The notes beneath the pieces were generated by a model. The model was not told the DNA's origin and did no database searches. It was given only the letters and a program-made list of their open reading frames with translations. Below are positions 17,514-27,908 of a stretch of 64,000 nt of DNA, piece after piece. This stretch comes from Bacteroidales bacterium (lineage in GTDB: Bacteria; Bacteroidota; Bacteroidia; Bacteroidales; F082): positions 175,716 through 239,715 of the forward strand of contig JAZQYR010000017.1 in the NCBI GenBank assembly GCA_045633585.1, written 5' to 3'. The stretch's first letter is position 1, and each line of letters opens with the position of its first letter. The position numbers and the translations under genes are program-made.

Positions 17514-20500
17514 TTTCTATTCTTGTTTTTTTTATTCCTATTCTTTCTCGCAAAGATTTCCTTTATATTGTCAAAACTTTGCGAATAAGAGATACCTATT
17601 CCTTGAGTATAATCAGAATAAGCCTCATAAGTATACGAATAATAGTTACTATTGATATTCGAGTGGTTATAAGCCTTGAGGCTCAACCTATTGGTTAATT
17701 TCAACGTAATATCAACGTCACCTACAATACTGTTCGCACCTGCTGCCATATCATTCCGCGAGCCGGTATACATACCCAAATTACCTTCTATGGTAAGTCT
17801 ATCGTCAAATAGTTGCGTTGAAAGAGCTACTTCCAGTTCTTCCGCTGTCAGATTGTCTTCAGGAGTATAACGCACACCTATGTCGAAGTCCTTACTAATC
17901 TGTGATAGCCAACTACTTAACGAACTGGTCAACACATTATAATAGTTTGACGCGCCAATACTATATAAGTTTGTACTAGAATAAGAGAATGAACCCAAGA
18001 CCAACAACGATATAATCTGTTGCGACATAACAGCCTGATTTGTAGTGTCAATTATTGAGAACACTGTATTTCTTATGTCATCAGTCGCATTAGGCAACGC
18101 CAATCCGAATGTGATTGTAGGGTTAGAAAGTTTCTCGTTCAAATACAAGATACAATCAACACTGACATTATTTACCCTTGAAGTAGAGTCTAATTCCACA
18201 CCCAGTGAAGATATTGAAGACTTCGTACGATAGCTGCCCGTGATATTGATATCAGCGTCGTTAGCACGACCCGTCCATGTAATACTTCCGCCTTTTTTAA
18301 TATCGAAATTACGTCTTACAAGATTTTGCAAATTAAAATTGAATGCACCTCCGTCAATGATATAGTCGCCATAAAGCGAAAGCTGGTCTAAAAGCAAGCC
18401 AAGCCGTATATTGCCAGTACCAGTCGCAGTAATATTTCCCATATTTGATGGCAAATGAATATTAAGTCTCGCATCCTGGGTAATATCAGCATTTAAATTA
18501 AAGGTGAACTTTTTGTCTTTCTTCTTATTTTCCACCACTGTCGTAATGGTATCATTATCAGTTTCATTATTCACGAATACGATAAAGTTATCATTTATTG
18601 ACGACGAACTTGTAAGACCTATGTCTATTACCGTTCCTGGCATTGTATACGCATTGATATTCATGACAATATCATCTAACGGACCATCTATCTTAAGATC
18701 TCCAGTTGCAATAGCAGTACCATAAAATGATGAAGTAGCATCACCCAACATATTCATTCCCAAGAAATTATCAAGAGTCGCATAAACATCGAAGTTGAAG
18801 TCTTTAAGATAATTATGTGTGATAATACCTCTTGCCACTGCAATATGATCAAGGGTGTCTATCAGGATGATATCATTCAAATCAATTCTATTTTCTGTGA
18901 ACTTTATAAAACGATTCGGCGTATTCTCTTCATAACCAGATTTATTGACAGCGTAATAAGTGTTAAGATAGTCAATATTACAAGCCGCATCATTCAGTTC
19001 CGCATCACCAATAAGTATCGGTTGTTTCAGAGAACCGACCACGTCCAGATTGCCGTTAAGCTTTCCAGAAACACGACTCAGGACACCTTTGGTGAATGCA
19101 TTCACAACAGAAATATCTATCTCATTCAAATTAATATCGAAGTCAAGATTGTTCTTTCTCGCAGTATAATACTTACCTACCATCGACAAGACCTTATCAT
19201 CAGAATCTAATCTAACTATTTCTGTGTCAATAAATATAGAAGTATCAGGCGCATTCCAACTTGCATCAACGAAAGCATTTCCAATGACATGATTGTTGAC
19301 TCCTATTTTCTCGACATCAAGATTGGAGAACAAAGTAAACTTATCCGACAATCCCGACAACTGAACATTTCCGTCAATAATACCGTCAACATCTATTCCC
19401 TTATTAATCGTCAACAAATCAAAATTTGAAATATCCAACTTACTGAAATTCAAATATAAAGTATCTCTACTTGTCTTAGGGAAATATCCATTGACAACCA
19501 TTGACTGATTACCTGAATGAATATCTAATTCGTTAATAAATATTTTATCTTTCTTGAAATCGACATAACATGTTGGACCTAATGACCATATACTATCATT
19601 TATCAAGATATCCGAAGCTGAAACATGCAGTCTGCCTCCATCATCATTCAAGACATAAGATGCATTTACCAAGCCTTTATTTCTATCCTCAACAATTTCA
19701 TCATCCCATTTCATGTCCAACAACAAGCTATCATTATGTGCATCAACAAGAAAATCCATATTTTCCATAGAAAGCTTGACCGGATTAGATTCAGTTTCTT
19801 CCTTGATGATAAATTCCTTTATCTTGACATTAGCTGTTGTCTTATCCATAAACGTCTTATTCTTCAGATAAATATCATTGAAAATAAGATTGTTATATGT
19901 AATCATATCAGATTCTATCGTTGTGTGCAGCTGATAGTTGTCCGACATATGATATGTTGCCGTCAAGGACGTATTGTTGCTTATCTTCAGTTGAGGCATC
20001 AACAATCGCGACAATGTTTCTGTATTTTTAAACCTCATATCAACTGAAAACGACTGATGAGTATCATCAAGCTTCACTCCTTTTGCAGACCACTTATTGA
20101 TATGGAAGTAACTCATAACATAATTCTTGAACGAATTAGCAATGCCAGCAAAATTAAGAGTGCCTTTCAAATACATATCAAAGAAATCAGTATTCACGTC
20201 CAGATCTCTTTCAACAAGCTCATCCTCTTCATCATAGATACTCTTTGTTATATTGAGGTTCAAGCTATCCATAAAATAACTGCCACGACTGTCTGTATAA
20301 GTCGTATTATCCAAAGAAAACATTCCATGCATTTTGTCTATGTCAAGGCCAACCATATTAGCCTTTACGGTCGTAGTCAACATGCTGGTTTTATCATAGT
20401 CAAGAAGATTCAACTTATACAAATTTGCATCTTTGATTTTCATATTAACATCGAAAGACGGCACATTGGATGCAATATCCAACAAACCAACGACATCCAT

Positions 20501-22060
20501 TTTCAACAATTCCGAACTCACATCTGTTGATGCTATAAGTCTTTGGTTTTCAAGATCGCCTACCACTGAGAAATTCTTAAATTCATTACCCATCAGTTTC
20601 AGCTTGTCTATATCGAATATTATGTCAATGTCTGCATCCTGCTTATTCATTCCCTCGCCTTGTACATCGGCCAACATCGTGACAGATATCTCTTTATCTG
20701 AACCTATTATTTTATTAACATTCAAATTATTAGCATGAACTTTCAGGAAATAATATGGATGAGGCACAATTGTCAGATCGTTATTCAATGCACCGTTAAG
20801 GTATATATTTCCAAGATTTGTATGAAGGTTGAATGTGGTGTTGAAGTTATTATGGAAGCCATAAAACTCACCCGAAAGCATTGCGTTCTTTAGCGACGAC
20901 AGTGTTTCTGGCAACGGTATCTTCCTCGTAGGCGTCGGTATCGCAAATTCCGCAAGGTCCTGATATGTGAAATTCATCCTCTTGACATTACCAACGATGT
21001 GAGTCTCAAAGAAATTAGGCAAACCTTTCATCTTGACAGTTCCCTCGAAATTGGTGCTGTCTTTGAAAGCGAAATGGAAATTGCTTGCAGTGAAGTCACT
21101 GACGACACCTGTTACCAATCCGCTAATCTGCAAGGTATCAGTCATCTTTCCCATCGTTGGAGAAAAATATCTCAAGTCACTAAGCGTCAGCTGTGTCGGT
21201 CTTATATTTCCAATTATCATAACTGAATCGACGAACTTCTTAAAGCTTCTGCGGCCATTATACAAGAACTGCAAATCAAGATTCAAAACAGACGCATGTG
21301 TTTCCACGTGAAGGTTCTTTAAATCAAATCCTTGTGACGACACCGTAAACAAAGACTTGGTACTTAAGCTATCTATATCGAAGCCGCATTTATCCATTCC
21401 AGAAAGCATATCCACATAACCTCTAACAGCCTTTCCGTCGAACGACAAGCTTCTGGCTGCCAAATTGATACTGTCAATATCAAGATGAGAATAATCCATG
21501 CTCACCTTTTCCGGCTTGTCTTTGTTCTGGTTCCAAATCACGACATGACCATCTTTCAGATTCAATTTGTCAAGATAAATAGTCTTGAAATCATCTCTGT
21601 TTTTCTTTTCTTTTTTTTCAGAAGAGGCGAACATTTCCGAAACATTCATCTTATCGTCACCTTCATATTTCACAAGACTGACAAGCAAATCATCCACATC
21701 AAGGCTTCTAAACCTCAGTTCTTTGGTCAGATCTCTGAGCGACAATCTGGCATTCATTTTTCCGACATAAAACATCGGGAGATGCTTTTTGTCGTTGAGC
21801 TGCACTTCTTCTGCGTAGATTCTAAAGTTCGGTTTTATATAAAACGTCTTTATTTTAACTTCCGTATCGAACTTGTCAGAAAGGACGCCGGCAGCTGTAC
21901 GAGCGAGCATACTCTGGACATTTACGTCGAGAATAACGACGTATATACTCGCAAACAGAGCAAAAATTATCGCAATGATAATTAAAATGCTATGTATAAT
22001 TGTTTTCTTCGTATTTTTGTCCTTTCTTTTAATGCTTATGAACGAATATATTTTAGCCAT
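17510..22060 (-). CDS. tamB: TamB/AsmA-like translocation and assembly module protein
   Basis: About 1516 aa. Basic N-terminus, then a single TM helix (IIHSILIIIAIIFALFASIYVVIL) and a long repetitive beta-rich body. Start chosen at the ATG at 22060 (MAKIYSF); the ORF track extends to 22123. The stop overlaps the next gene's start (ATGA). Confidence 0.75.
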   Translation of the reverse strand: MAKIYSFISIKRKDKNTKKTIIHSILIIIAIIFALFASIYVVILDVNVQSMLARTAAGVLSDKFDTEVKIKTFYIKPNFRIYAEEVQLNDKKHLPMFYVGKMNARLSLRDLTKELRFRSLDVDDLLVSLVKYEGDDKMNVSEMFASSEKKEKKNRDDFKTIYLDKLNLKDGHVVIWNQNKDKPEKVSMDYSHLDIDSINLAARSLSFDGKAVRGYVDMLSGMDKCGFDIDSLSTKSLFTVSSQGFDLKNLHVETHASVLNLDLQFLYNGRRSFKKFVDSVMIIGNIRPTQLTLSDLRYFSPTMGKMTDTLQISGLVTGVVSDFTASNFHFAFKDSTNFEGTVKMKGLPNFFETHIVGNVKRMNFTYQDLAEFAIPTPTRKIPLPETLSSLKNAMLSGEFYGFHNNFNTTFNLHTNLGNIYLNGALNNDLTIVPHPYYFLKVHANNLNVNKIIGSDKEISVTMLADVQGEGMNKQDADIDIIFDIDKLKLMGNEFKNFSVVGDLENQRLIASTDVSSELLKMDVVGLLDIASNVPSFDVNMKIKDANLYKLNLLDYDKTSMLTTTVKANMVGLDIDKMHGMFSLDNTTYTDSRGSYFMDSLNLNITKSIYDEEDELVERDLDVNTDFFDMYLKGTLNFAGIANSFKNYVMSYFHINKWSAKGVKLDDTHQSFSVDMRFKNTETLSRLLMPQLKISNNTSLTATYHMSDNYQLHTTIESDMITYNNLIFNDIYLKNKTFMDKTTANVKIKEFIIKEETESNPVKLSMENMDFLVDAHNDSLLLDMKWDDEIVEDRNKGLVNASYVLNDDGGRLHVSASDILINDSIWSLGPTCYVDFKKDKIFINELDIHSGNQSMVVNGYFPKTSRDTLYLNFSKLDISNFDLLTINKGIDVDGIIDGNVQLSGLSDKFTLFSNLDVEKIGVNNHVIGNAFVDASWNAPDTSIFIDTEIVRLDSDDKVLSMVGKYYTARKNNLDFDINLNEIDISVVNAFTKGVLSRVSGKLNGNLDVVGSLKQPILIGDAELNDAACNIDYLNTYYAVNKSGYEENTPNRFIKFTENRIDLNDIILIDTLDHIAVARGIITHNYLKDFNFDVYATLDNFLGMNMLGDATSSFYGTAIATGDLKIDGPLDDIVMNINAYTMPGTVIDIGLTSSSSINDNFIVFVNNETDNDTITTVVENKKKDKKFTFNLNADITQDARLNIHLPSNMGNITATGTGNIRLGLLLDQLSLYGDYIIDGGAFNFNLQNLVRRNFDIKKGGSITWTGRANDADINITGSYRTKSSISSLGVELDSTSRVNNVSVDCILYLNEKLSNPTITFGLALPNATDDIRNTVFSIIDTTNQAVMSQQIISLLVLGSFSYSSTNLYSIGASNYYNVLTSSLSSWLSQISKDFDIGVRYTPEDNLTAEELEVALSTQLFDDRLTIEGNLGMYTGSRNDMAAGANSIVGDVDITLKLTNRLSLKAYNHSNINSNYYSYTYEAYSDYTQGIGISYSQSFDNIKEIFARKNRNKKNKNRK

Positions 22061-23063
22061 CGAATCGTCATGTGACGACACCTCAGCTGCAGTGCTCAGA
22101 GGTACGACCGTATTATCTAACATAATTGCTAACCAAGAAGTTCACCGCCAATATGGAGGTGTTATTCCAGAACTAGCATCTCGTGCTCATCAACAAAATA
22201 TCATACCTGTTGTAGACGCTGCTTTAAAACACGCAAATATAACAAAAAATCAGTTATCTGCAATAGCTTTTACACGTGGTCCTGGACTTTTAGGCTCACT
22301 TTTAGTAGGCACCTCATTTTCAAAGGCTTTCGCTCTTTCTATGGATATTCCATTGATAGAAGTAAACCACACAAACGGACATATTATGGCATTGTTTGCG
22401 CAAGAGGAAAACGAAACCACAAAAGTGCCTGAATTTCCATTCTTATGCCTTGCCGTTTCTGGTGGCCATACTCAGATCATAAAAGTCAATGATTATTTTG
22501 ATTTGGAAATAATAGGAAAGACTATCGATGACGCTGCCGGCGAAGCATTCGACAAAATAGCAAAGATAATGGGTCTCCCTTATCCTGGCGGTCCTATCAT
22601 CGACAGATTAGCAAAAGAAGGAAATCCTAACGCATTCTCTTTCAGCAAGGCAAACATCGCTGGATTAAACTATAGCTTCAGCGGGCTGAAAACAAGTTTC
22701 CTCTATTTCTTGCGCGACAAATTGAAAGAAGACAAAGATTTCGTCGAAAACAACAAGGCCGACCTATGTGCGTCAATACAAAGAGAAATCATTGAAACTC
22801 TGATGAAGAAGCTCGTCAAAGCAACAAAAGAAACCGGTATCAAACAAGTCGCCATCGCAGGCGGAGTCTCCGCAAACTCAGGGCTGCAAAAAGCTATGCA
22901 CGACAACGGAAAACGCTACGGATGGGAAGTCTTCATACCTAAATTCAAATTCAGTACCGACAACGCCGCCATGATTGGCATCGCTGGTTACTTCAAATAC
23001 AAAAGCGGACAATTCGCAACCCAAGACCTTACACCTTACGCAAGAACAACAACTCAAAAATAA
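22038..23063 (+). CDS. tsaD: tRNA N6-adenosine threonylcarbamoyltransferase TsaD
   Basis: MNEYILAIESSCDDTSAAV is the canonical N-terminus, and the NHTNGH metal site is present. The ORF-track extension back to 21873 is antisense to tamB and hydrophobic nonsense. Confidence 0.9.
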   Translation: MNEYILAIESSCDDTSAAVLRGTTVLSNIIANQEVHRQYGGVIPELASRAHQQNIIPVVDAALKHANITKNQLSAIAFTRGPGLLGSLLVGTSFSKAFALSMDIPLIEVNHTNGHIMALFAQEENETTKVPEFPFLCLAVSGGHTQIIKVNDYFDLEIIGKTIDDAAGEAFDKIAKIMGLPYPGGPIIDRLAKEGNPNAFSFSKANIAGLNYSFSGLKTSFLYFLRDKLKEDKDFVENNKADLCASIQREIIETLMKKLVKATKETGIKQVAIAGGVSANSGLQKAMHDNGKRYGWEVFIPKFKFSTDNAAMIGIAGYFKYKSGQFATQDLTPYARTTTQK

Positions 23064-23068
23064 ACATC

Positions 23069-24379
23069 ATGGACTGGAAATCACTGCTTTCTGCTCAACG
23101 AGAACATAGCGACTACAAAAAAAGCGACATCAGAAACGCTTTCCAACGCGACTACGACAGAATTATCTTTTCCAACATATTCCGTCGATTGCAAAACAAG
23201 ACCCAGGTATTCCCTCTTCCAGGAAGCAAGATGGTCCACAACAGATTAACACACAGCCTTGAAGTAGCAAGCGTAGGCCGCTCAATAGCAAAAATCGTAA
23301 CAAAAAAGCTCTGCGACAAATACGGCAATGATATCCTGAACGACATCTACGACATTGACACTATCGTATCCGCTGCATGCCTCGCACACGACCTCGGCAA
23401 TCCACCTTTCGGACACTCTGGTGAAGAAACTATAAGTAGCTATTTCAAAGAAGGACTTGGAAAAGAACTTGAAAGCCAAATACCTGACTATCAGTGGACA
23501 GACCTCGTCTCATTCGAAGGCAACGCCAATGCTTTCAGACAACTGACTCACCAATTTACAGGAAGAAGACAAGGCGGAATGTCGCTTACATACGCAACAC
23601 TGGCGACTTTAATAAAGTACCCTTACCCTTCCTTCAACAAAAAAGGAAAGAAGAAATACAACATATTTCACTCTGAAATTGAAACATTCAAAAAAGTCAT
23701 GGATGGTTGCGGAATACCTTGTCTTGACGAAGAGACTCTCGCTTACGCACGACATCCGCTTTCTTATATGATGGAAGCCGCAGATGACATTTGCTATCTC
23801 ATCCTCGATATGGAAGACGCTCACAAAAGAGGCATCGTCCCTACCGAGAAAATCGATTACTTCTTCACATCTTTTTTCAAAAAAGACGAGACATGGTTCT
23901 TTGAAAGAAAAGAATCTGTATACGAAACAGTAACCGACAACAACGAAAGAATGGCTTTCTTGAGAGCAACGGCAATAAACAAACTTGTCGACTGTGTATC
24001 AACAGTTTTCATCGACAATTACGATGACATCATGAACGGAACTTTCAAACACAGCCTCGTCCATCACCTCCCTGTCTTCGAAAATAACGCACTAGAAAAA
24101 TGCAGAGAGTTTTCATTAAGAAATATTTACAGACACACTTCTGTGGTAAAGGTTGAGTTAACAGGTTTCAACGTTATCGGCGAATTACTCAACGAATTCG
24201 TACAAGCAGCTGTACATCCTGAAAAAACATACAACAAAAAACTTCTATCCTTAATTCCTGAACAGTTCAAAAACGATAAAGAAGACATGTATTCTCGCAT
24301 CCAAGTCGTTTTAGATTACATATCAAATATGACCGACCTCTACGCAGTTCAACTATACAAAGATCTAAAGGGAATGTGA
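23069..24379 (+). CDS. dgt: dGTP triphosphohydrolase-like HD-domain protein
   Basis: RLTHSLEVASVGRSIA and LAHDLGNPPFGHSGE HD motifs. 436 aa. Confidence 0.9.
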   Translation: MDWKSLLSAQREHSDYKKSDIRNAFQRDYDRIIFSNIFRRLQNKTQVFPLPGSKMVHNRLTHSLEVASVGRSIAKIVTKKLCDKYGNDILNDIYDIDTIVSAACLAHDLGNPPFGHSGEETISSYFKEGLGKELESQIPDYQWTDLVSFEGNANAFRQLTHQFTGRRQGGMSLTYATLATLIKYPYPSFNKKGKKKYNIFHSEIETFKKVMDGCGIPCLDEETLAYARHPLSYMMEAADDICYLILDMEDAHKRGIVPTEKIDYFFTSFFKKDETWFFERKESVYETVTDNNERMAFLRATAINKLVDCVSTVFIDNYDDIMNGTFKHSLVHHLPVFENNALEKCREFSLRNIYRHTSVVKVELTGFNVIGELLNEFVQAAVHPEKTYNKKLLSLIPEQFKNDKEDMYSRIQVVLDYISNMTDLYAVQLYKDLKGM

Positions 24380-24444
24380 TTCTATCTGTCTACGAACAAC
24401 CGTAAAGCCATGAAAAAATTGTTAATTATTAATTGTTAATTGAT

Positions 24445-26238
24445 ATGAAAAAGCTTTTTCTCTTAATATTCATTTCATTTTTTTCAGGGATTTTATTTAT
24501 ATCTTGTTCCAAGACAAATATTTATAATAAGTCACAGAATCCTTATCACCATGGAATCCTAAAAACGATTAACGACACCATAAACAATTATCCTGAATAC
24601 GCTTTAAAACTACTTGAAAATATCAATGGAATAATAATAGAAAACGATTTTACAGAACAAGAATTCCATGAATATCAGATACTTCTATCAGAAGCCTACT
24701 ATAAAAACTATTATAACCAAACCAATCACCACGAAGTAACAAATGCCAATAATTATTTTGACAGTCTTGCTTCATTATATCCTCACAACACAGAAGTAAT
24801 CTACCTTAGCTCAAAAGCTTCATACTATACAGCCGTCGGCTTGGAGGAATCGGAAATGACAAAAGAAGCATTCAAATGCTACCTGAAGTCACTGGAGTTA
24901 TTGGAAAGTATCAACATAAACAAAAAAAGTAACAAGAAGTATTACAACGACATACAACACTTTAAAGCTCTAACTTACACTCGACTTGGAGACATTCTAT
25001 ATTGGTACGACATCTACGATGCAGCCATTGAATGCATATCTAACGCAAATGAATTATTTGCCAAAGAAGAGAATCAAAACGCACTATCAAGGAATAACAT
25101 TATTCTTGCTGTCATTTATGGTTTGAATTCAGATCACGACAAAGCATTACGCCATTTATCAACCGCCGATTCTATATTGAAAATCAACAATATCGAAGAT
25201 GTTCTAAAAAACGATATAGAAAGAGTCAAAGCAAGCGTAATGTACAATATCGGATATAAAGAAGAAGCTTTCCAATCAGTTATAAGCCAATACGAAACAC
25301 TAGACAATCCAAAGCAAATAATGGAAGCTGCAGGCGTATTGGGTGACATGTACTACAACAAAAACATGTACGACTCTGCAATTTACTATTATGAACAATA
25401 TTTCCCAGACAACAAATACTCAAAAATAAACGCAGCTAGCAATATCATAGAAATAAGCATCTTAACAGGAAACAACGAACTCATCACCAAATACGCCGCT
25501 TCTTTAGCTGAAGAAACAAACAAAGAGATTATGCTGTCGTCAATAAAAAACGAACTCACATCAATCTACCACCAACACAAATCAAAGAAAACCAACGACT
25601 TACTCTATAATAAAATATTCAGTCACTTAATATTCCTGTCAGCAATAATAATCTTTATATTAATCCTAGGATTAAATACAATAAAACTAAGAAAGAAAAA
25701 ATACACCAAGGAAATTTCAGAAAAAAGCAGCTATATCAATTCTTTACAAAAGAAAATAGAAAAGACATCATCGGAAAACAAACACATAAAACTACAAATG
25801 AAATCTCTTGAAGACGAAATACTCGATATCAAGAATAAAAACGATGTCAATTATGTTTCCTTTGAACAAAAAATAGATTCAATAAAAAACAACCCACTCT
25901 ACAAAAAACTTTACGACATCAGCATAAATAGCAATATTAAAACAAATACCATTTACCCTGATTTACAACTAAATAACCTTGAACAGGAAACACTAATTGA
26001 ATTGTTCAACACTACTTTTGACAATGGATTCAATCAAATAATCTCCGACCACAACGGTCTAAAATATCAGGACTCATTGTATTTTTGCCTATATATAATC
26101 GGATTAGATGAGAAACATATTTCCGCCGTAACTGGCAAGACTTACAATGCCGTATGGAACAGAACCAGGAAAATTCAGGAAATCCTTGGCAGCGACAAGA
26201 AAATCAAAGATATTATCAAGAATAAACTAAAGTATTAA
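24445..26238 (+). CDS. Membrane-anchored TPR protein with cytoplasmic coiled coil and C-terminal GerE/LuxR-type HTH
   Basis: ATG at 24445 (MKKLFLLIFISFFSGILFISCSK, signal peptide plus lipobox). TPR-like repeats over about 350 aa, a TM helix IFSHLIFLSAIIIFILILGLNTI, a KKK stop-transfer, and a heptad-rich segment. The C-terminal GLDEKHISAVTGKTYNAVWNRTRKIQEILG matches the GerE HTH pattern. Confidence 0.7.
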   Translation: MKKLFLLIFISFFSGILFISCSKTNIYNKSQNPYHHGILKTINDTINNYPEYALKLLENINGIIIENDFTEQEFHEYQILLSEAYYKNYYNQTNHHEVTNANNYFDSLASLYPHNTEVIYLSSKASYYTAVGLEESEMTKEAFKCYLKSLELLESININKKSNKKYYNDIQHFKALTYTRLGDILYWYDIYDAAIECISNANELFAKEENQNALSRNNIILAVIYGLNSDHDKALRHLSTADSILKINNIEDVLKNDIERVKASVMYNIGYKEEAFQSVISQYETLDNPKQIMEAAGVLGDMYYNKNMYDSAIYYYEQYFPDNKYSKINAASNIIEISILTGNNELITKYAASLAEETNKEIMLSSIKNELTSIYHQHKSKKTNDLLYNKIFSHLIFLSAIIIFILILGLNTIKLRKKKYTKEISEKSSYINSLQKKIEKTSSENKHIKLQMKSLEDEILDIKNKNDVNYVSFEQKIDSIKNNPLYKKLYDISINSNIKTNTIYPDLQLNNLEQETLIELFNTTFDNGFNQIISDHNGLKYQDSLYFCLYIIGLDEKHISAVTGKTYNAVWNRTRKIQEILGSDKKIKDIIKNKLKY

Positions 26239-26777
26239 TATTCGTTCCAGCCACTCATCACATCAAGCGGCTTTCTAACTTTCTCACGAGTTGGAGAATC
26301 AGGGTATCCAACACTGATTAACAATGGAATACGTCTATTTCTAACACCTAATATTTTCTTTATCTTCTTTTCATCAAACCAGCCTATTATACAAGTGCCA
26401 AGACCAAGGTCTGCAGCTTGAAGACAAAACTGATTTACAGCGATTCCAAGGTCAAACAAACTGTAATCCTTGTTCTTGATCATGCTTCCAATTGTCGACA
26501 TAAAATTCTGTCTCTCAAGAACAACAGCAACTATAACAGGACATTGATGTGTAAACTTATTCATTCCCAAACCAATAGTACACTCCGCTATCTGTTCTTT
26601 CTTTTCAAAATCATCGACGACGACAAATTTCCACGGCTGAGAGTTATTCGCTGAAGGCGATATTCTAGCAGTCTCCAGACATTGAATAAGCTTTTCTTTT
26701 TCAACGACTTGATCTTTATATTTTCTATCACTCTGGCGTTTTTTAGCCAATTCTGCAAAACTTAAATTCTCTCTCAT
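26235..26777 (-). CDS. Nitroreductase-family protein
   Basis: RQSDRKY and SPSANNSQPWKFVVV motifs. 180 aa. Confidence 0.8.
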   Translation of the reverse strand: MRENLSFAELAKKRQSDRKYKDQVVEKEKLIQCLETARISPSANNSQPWKFVVVDDFEKKEQIAECTIGLGMNKFTHQCPVIVAVVLERQNFMSTIGSMIKNKDYSLFDLGIAVNQFCLQAADLGLGTCIIGWFDEKKIKKILGVRNRRIPLLISVGYPDSPTREKVRKPLDVMSGWNEY

Positions 26778-26812
26778 AATTCGTAAACCTAGTAATTATA
26801 GTAAATAAATTG

Positions 26813-27868
26813 TTAATTGTTAATTGTCAATTGCAAATAAATTCTTTCAAGTCCCTCTATATGCTTTTCTATTGAAAATATTTGCCTTGTTTCCTCCTTG
26901 ACCACTTGAGATATCAATTCATAATCTTCAAGGTTCACCAAGACATTTCTTGTTTTCGCAGCGAAATCCACATCATTATTTTCCTTGTACAATGTCGCAT
27001 ACTTTCCATTAGATGTAATTTCTCTAATCATATCACAATCATTCACAACGACATTAGTTCCCGACACCATAGCTTCTAGAACTGGAATCGCAACAGGTTC
27101 TCGCGCAGAATTATATGCAAAAAGATCCAGCTGACTCAACAAATTTGCGTCATCCTCTCTCCTACCCATATATGTTATATAATTATCAAGACCTTGCATA
27201 ATATAATAATATCTGCAACTATTGTAATTTTCATCATACTTATCGACCTGATCTCCTGCGACAACACATGTGAAATTCCTTCCAGTTCTCCTCAGTTTCT
27301 TAACCATCTTAAAGACACTCATCATATTACGCTGTGGAGTGAAATCACCTATTGTGCCTATCAGATATCTAAGATCGTCTATAAAGAACTCATCTCTGAC
27401 CGACTTATATTCAAATCCATCAAATCTTTTGAAACAAAAAGCATGATATAATTTAGAACATTTAGCAGACGCAACGCCAAATGAATTCTCAATATAATTC
27501 TTATGCGTTTCCGATTGGAATATTATATGGTCAATTTTATTTAATACTGTTTTATAAATACAGTTTTGAAATCCCTTAAGTTCATCATGGTAATAATAAT
27601 CTGATAATACCACTTTTATTTTCAATCCCTTAGAAATTTTATATACAAGATAAGCATCAATATAATCATAAACATGAACTATATCTATCTTATTGTTTTT
27701 TAAGAACTTCCTAAGGTTAAATAAATTTACCAGTATATTTCCTGACGACCACAGGCAAGGGAATTCAAAGAATTGGATATCCGTTTTCTTTACATTCAAT
27801 GAAATATCAAGTATCAGATTATTTATTTCGTATCTATAAGAGATTGTATGTAAGAAAACCGTTCGCAT
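26813..27868 (-). CDS. Glycosyltransferase family 4-like
   Basis: EX7E motif (EPVAIPVLE) in the C-terminal Rossmann half. Start moved to the ATG at 27868 because the ORF-track N-terminus (to 27949) runs into a tRNA gene. Confidence 0.75.
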   Translation of the reverse strand: MRTVFLHTISYRYEINNLILDISLNVKKTDIQFFEFPCLWSSGNILVNLFNLRKFLKNNKIDIVHVYDYIDAYLVYKISKGLKIKVVLSDYYYHDELKGFQNCIYKTVLNKIDHIIFQSETHKNYIENSFGVASAKCSKLYHAFCFKRFDGFEYKSVRDEFFIDDLRYLIGTIGDFTPQRNMMSVFKMVKKLRRTGRNFTCVVAGDQVDKYDENYNSCRYYYIMQGLDNYITYMGRREDDANLLSQLDLFAYNSAREPVAIPVLEAMVSGTNVVVNDCDMIREITSNGKYATLYKENNDVDFAAKTRNVLVNLEDYELISQVVKEETRQIFSIEKHIEGLERIYLQLTINN

Positions 27869-27908
27869 AAGATAAAAAAAAATCCAGTTGTTAACCGGAT
27901 TACGTCTG

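Noticed and set aside
18815-21985. Series of 130-166-aa plus-strand ORFs antisense to tamB, with similar antisense ORFs in the S8 peptidase (29162-29806), gcvP (10163-10609), recA and relA genes
   Set aside because: They are typical stop-poor antisense frames of AT-rich, codon-biased genes. The translated sequences are low-complexity (I/F/H/R-rich) with no motifs or start signals.
21873-22037. 55-codon N-terminal extension of tsaD in the ORF track
   Set aside because: The extension is antisense to the tamB 5' region and hydrophobic/low-complexity. The canonical TsaD N-terminus begins at 22038.
23069-24379. dGTPase as an anti-phage dNTP-depletion system
   Set aside because: The length and motifs match the common housekeeping Dgt-like protein. 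It is tightly linked to tsaD and no defence-island context is visible.
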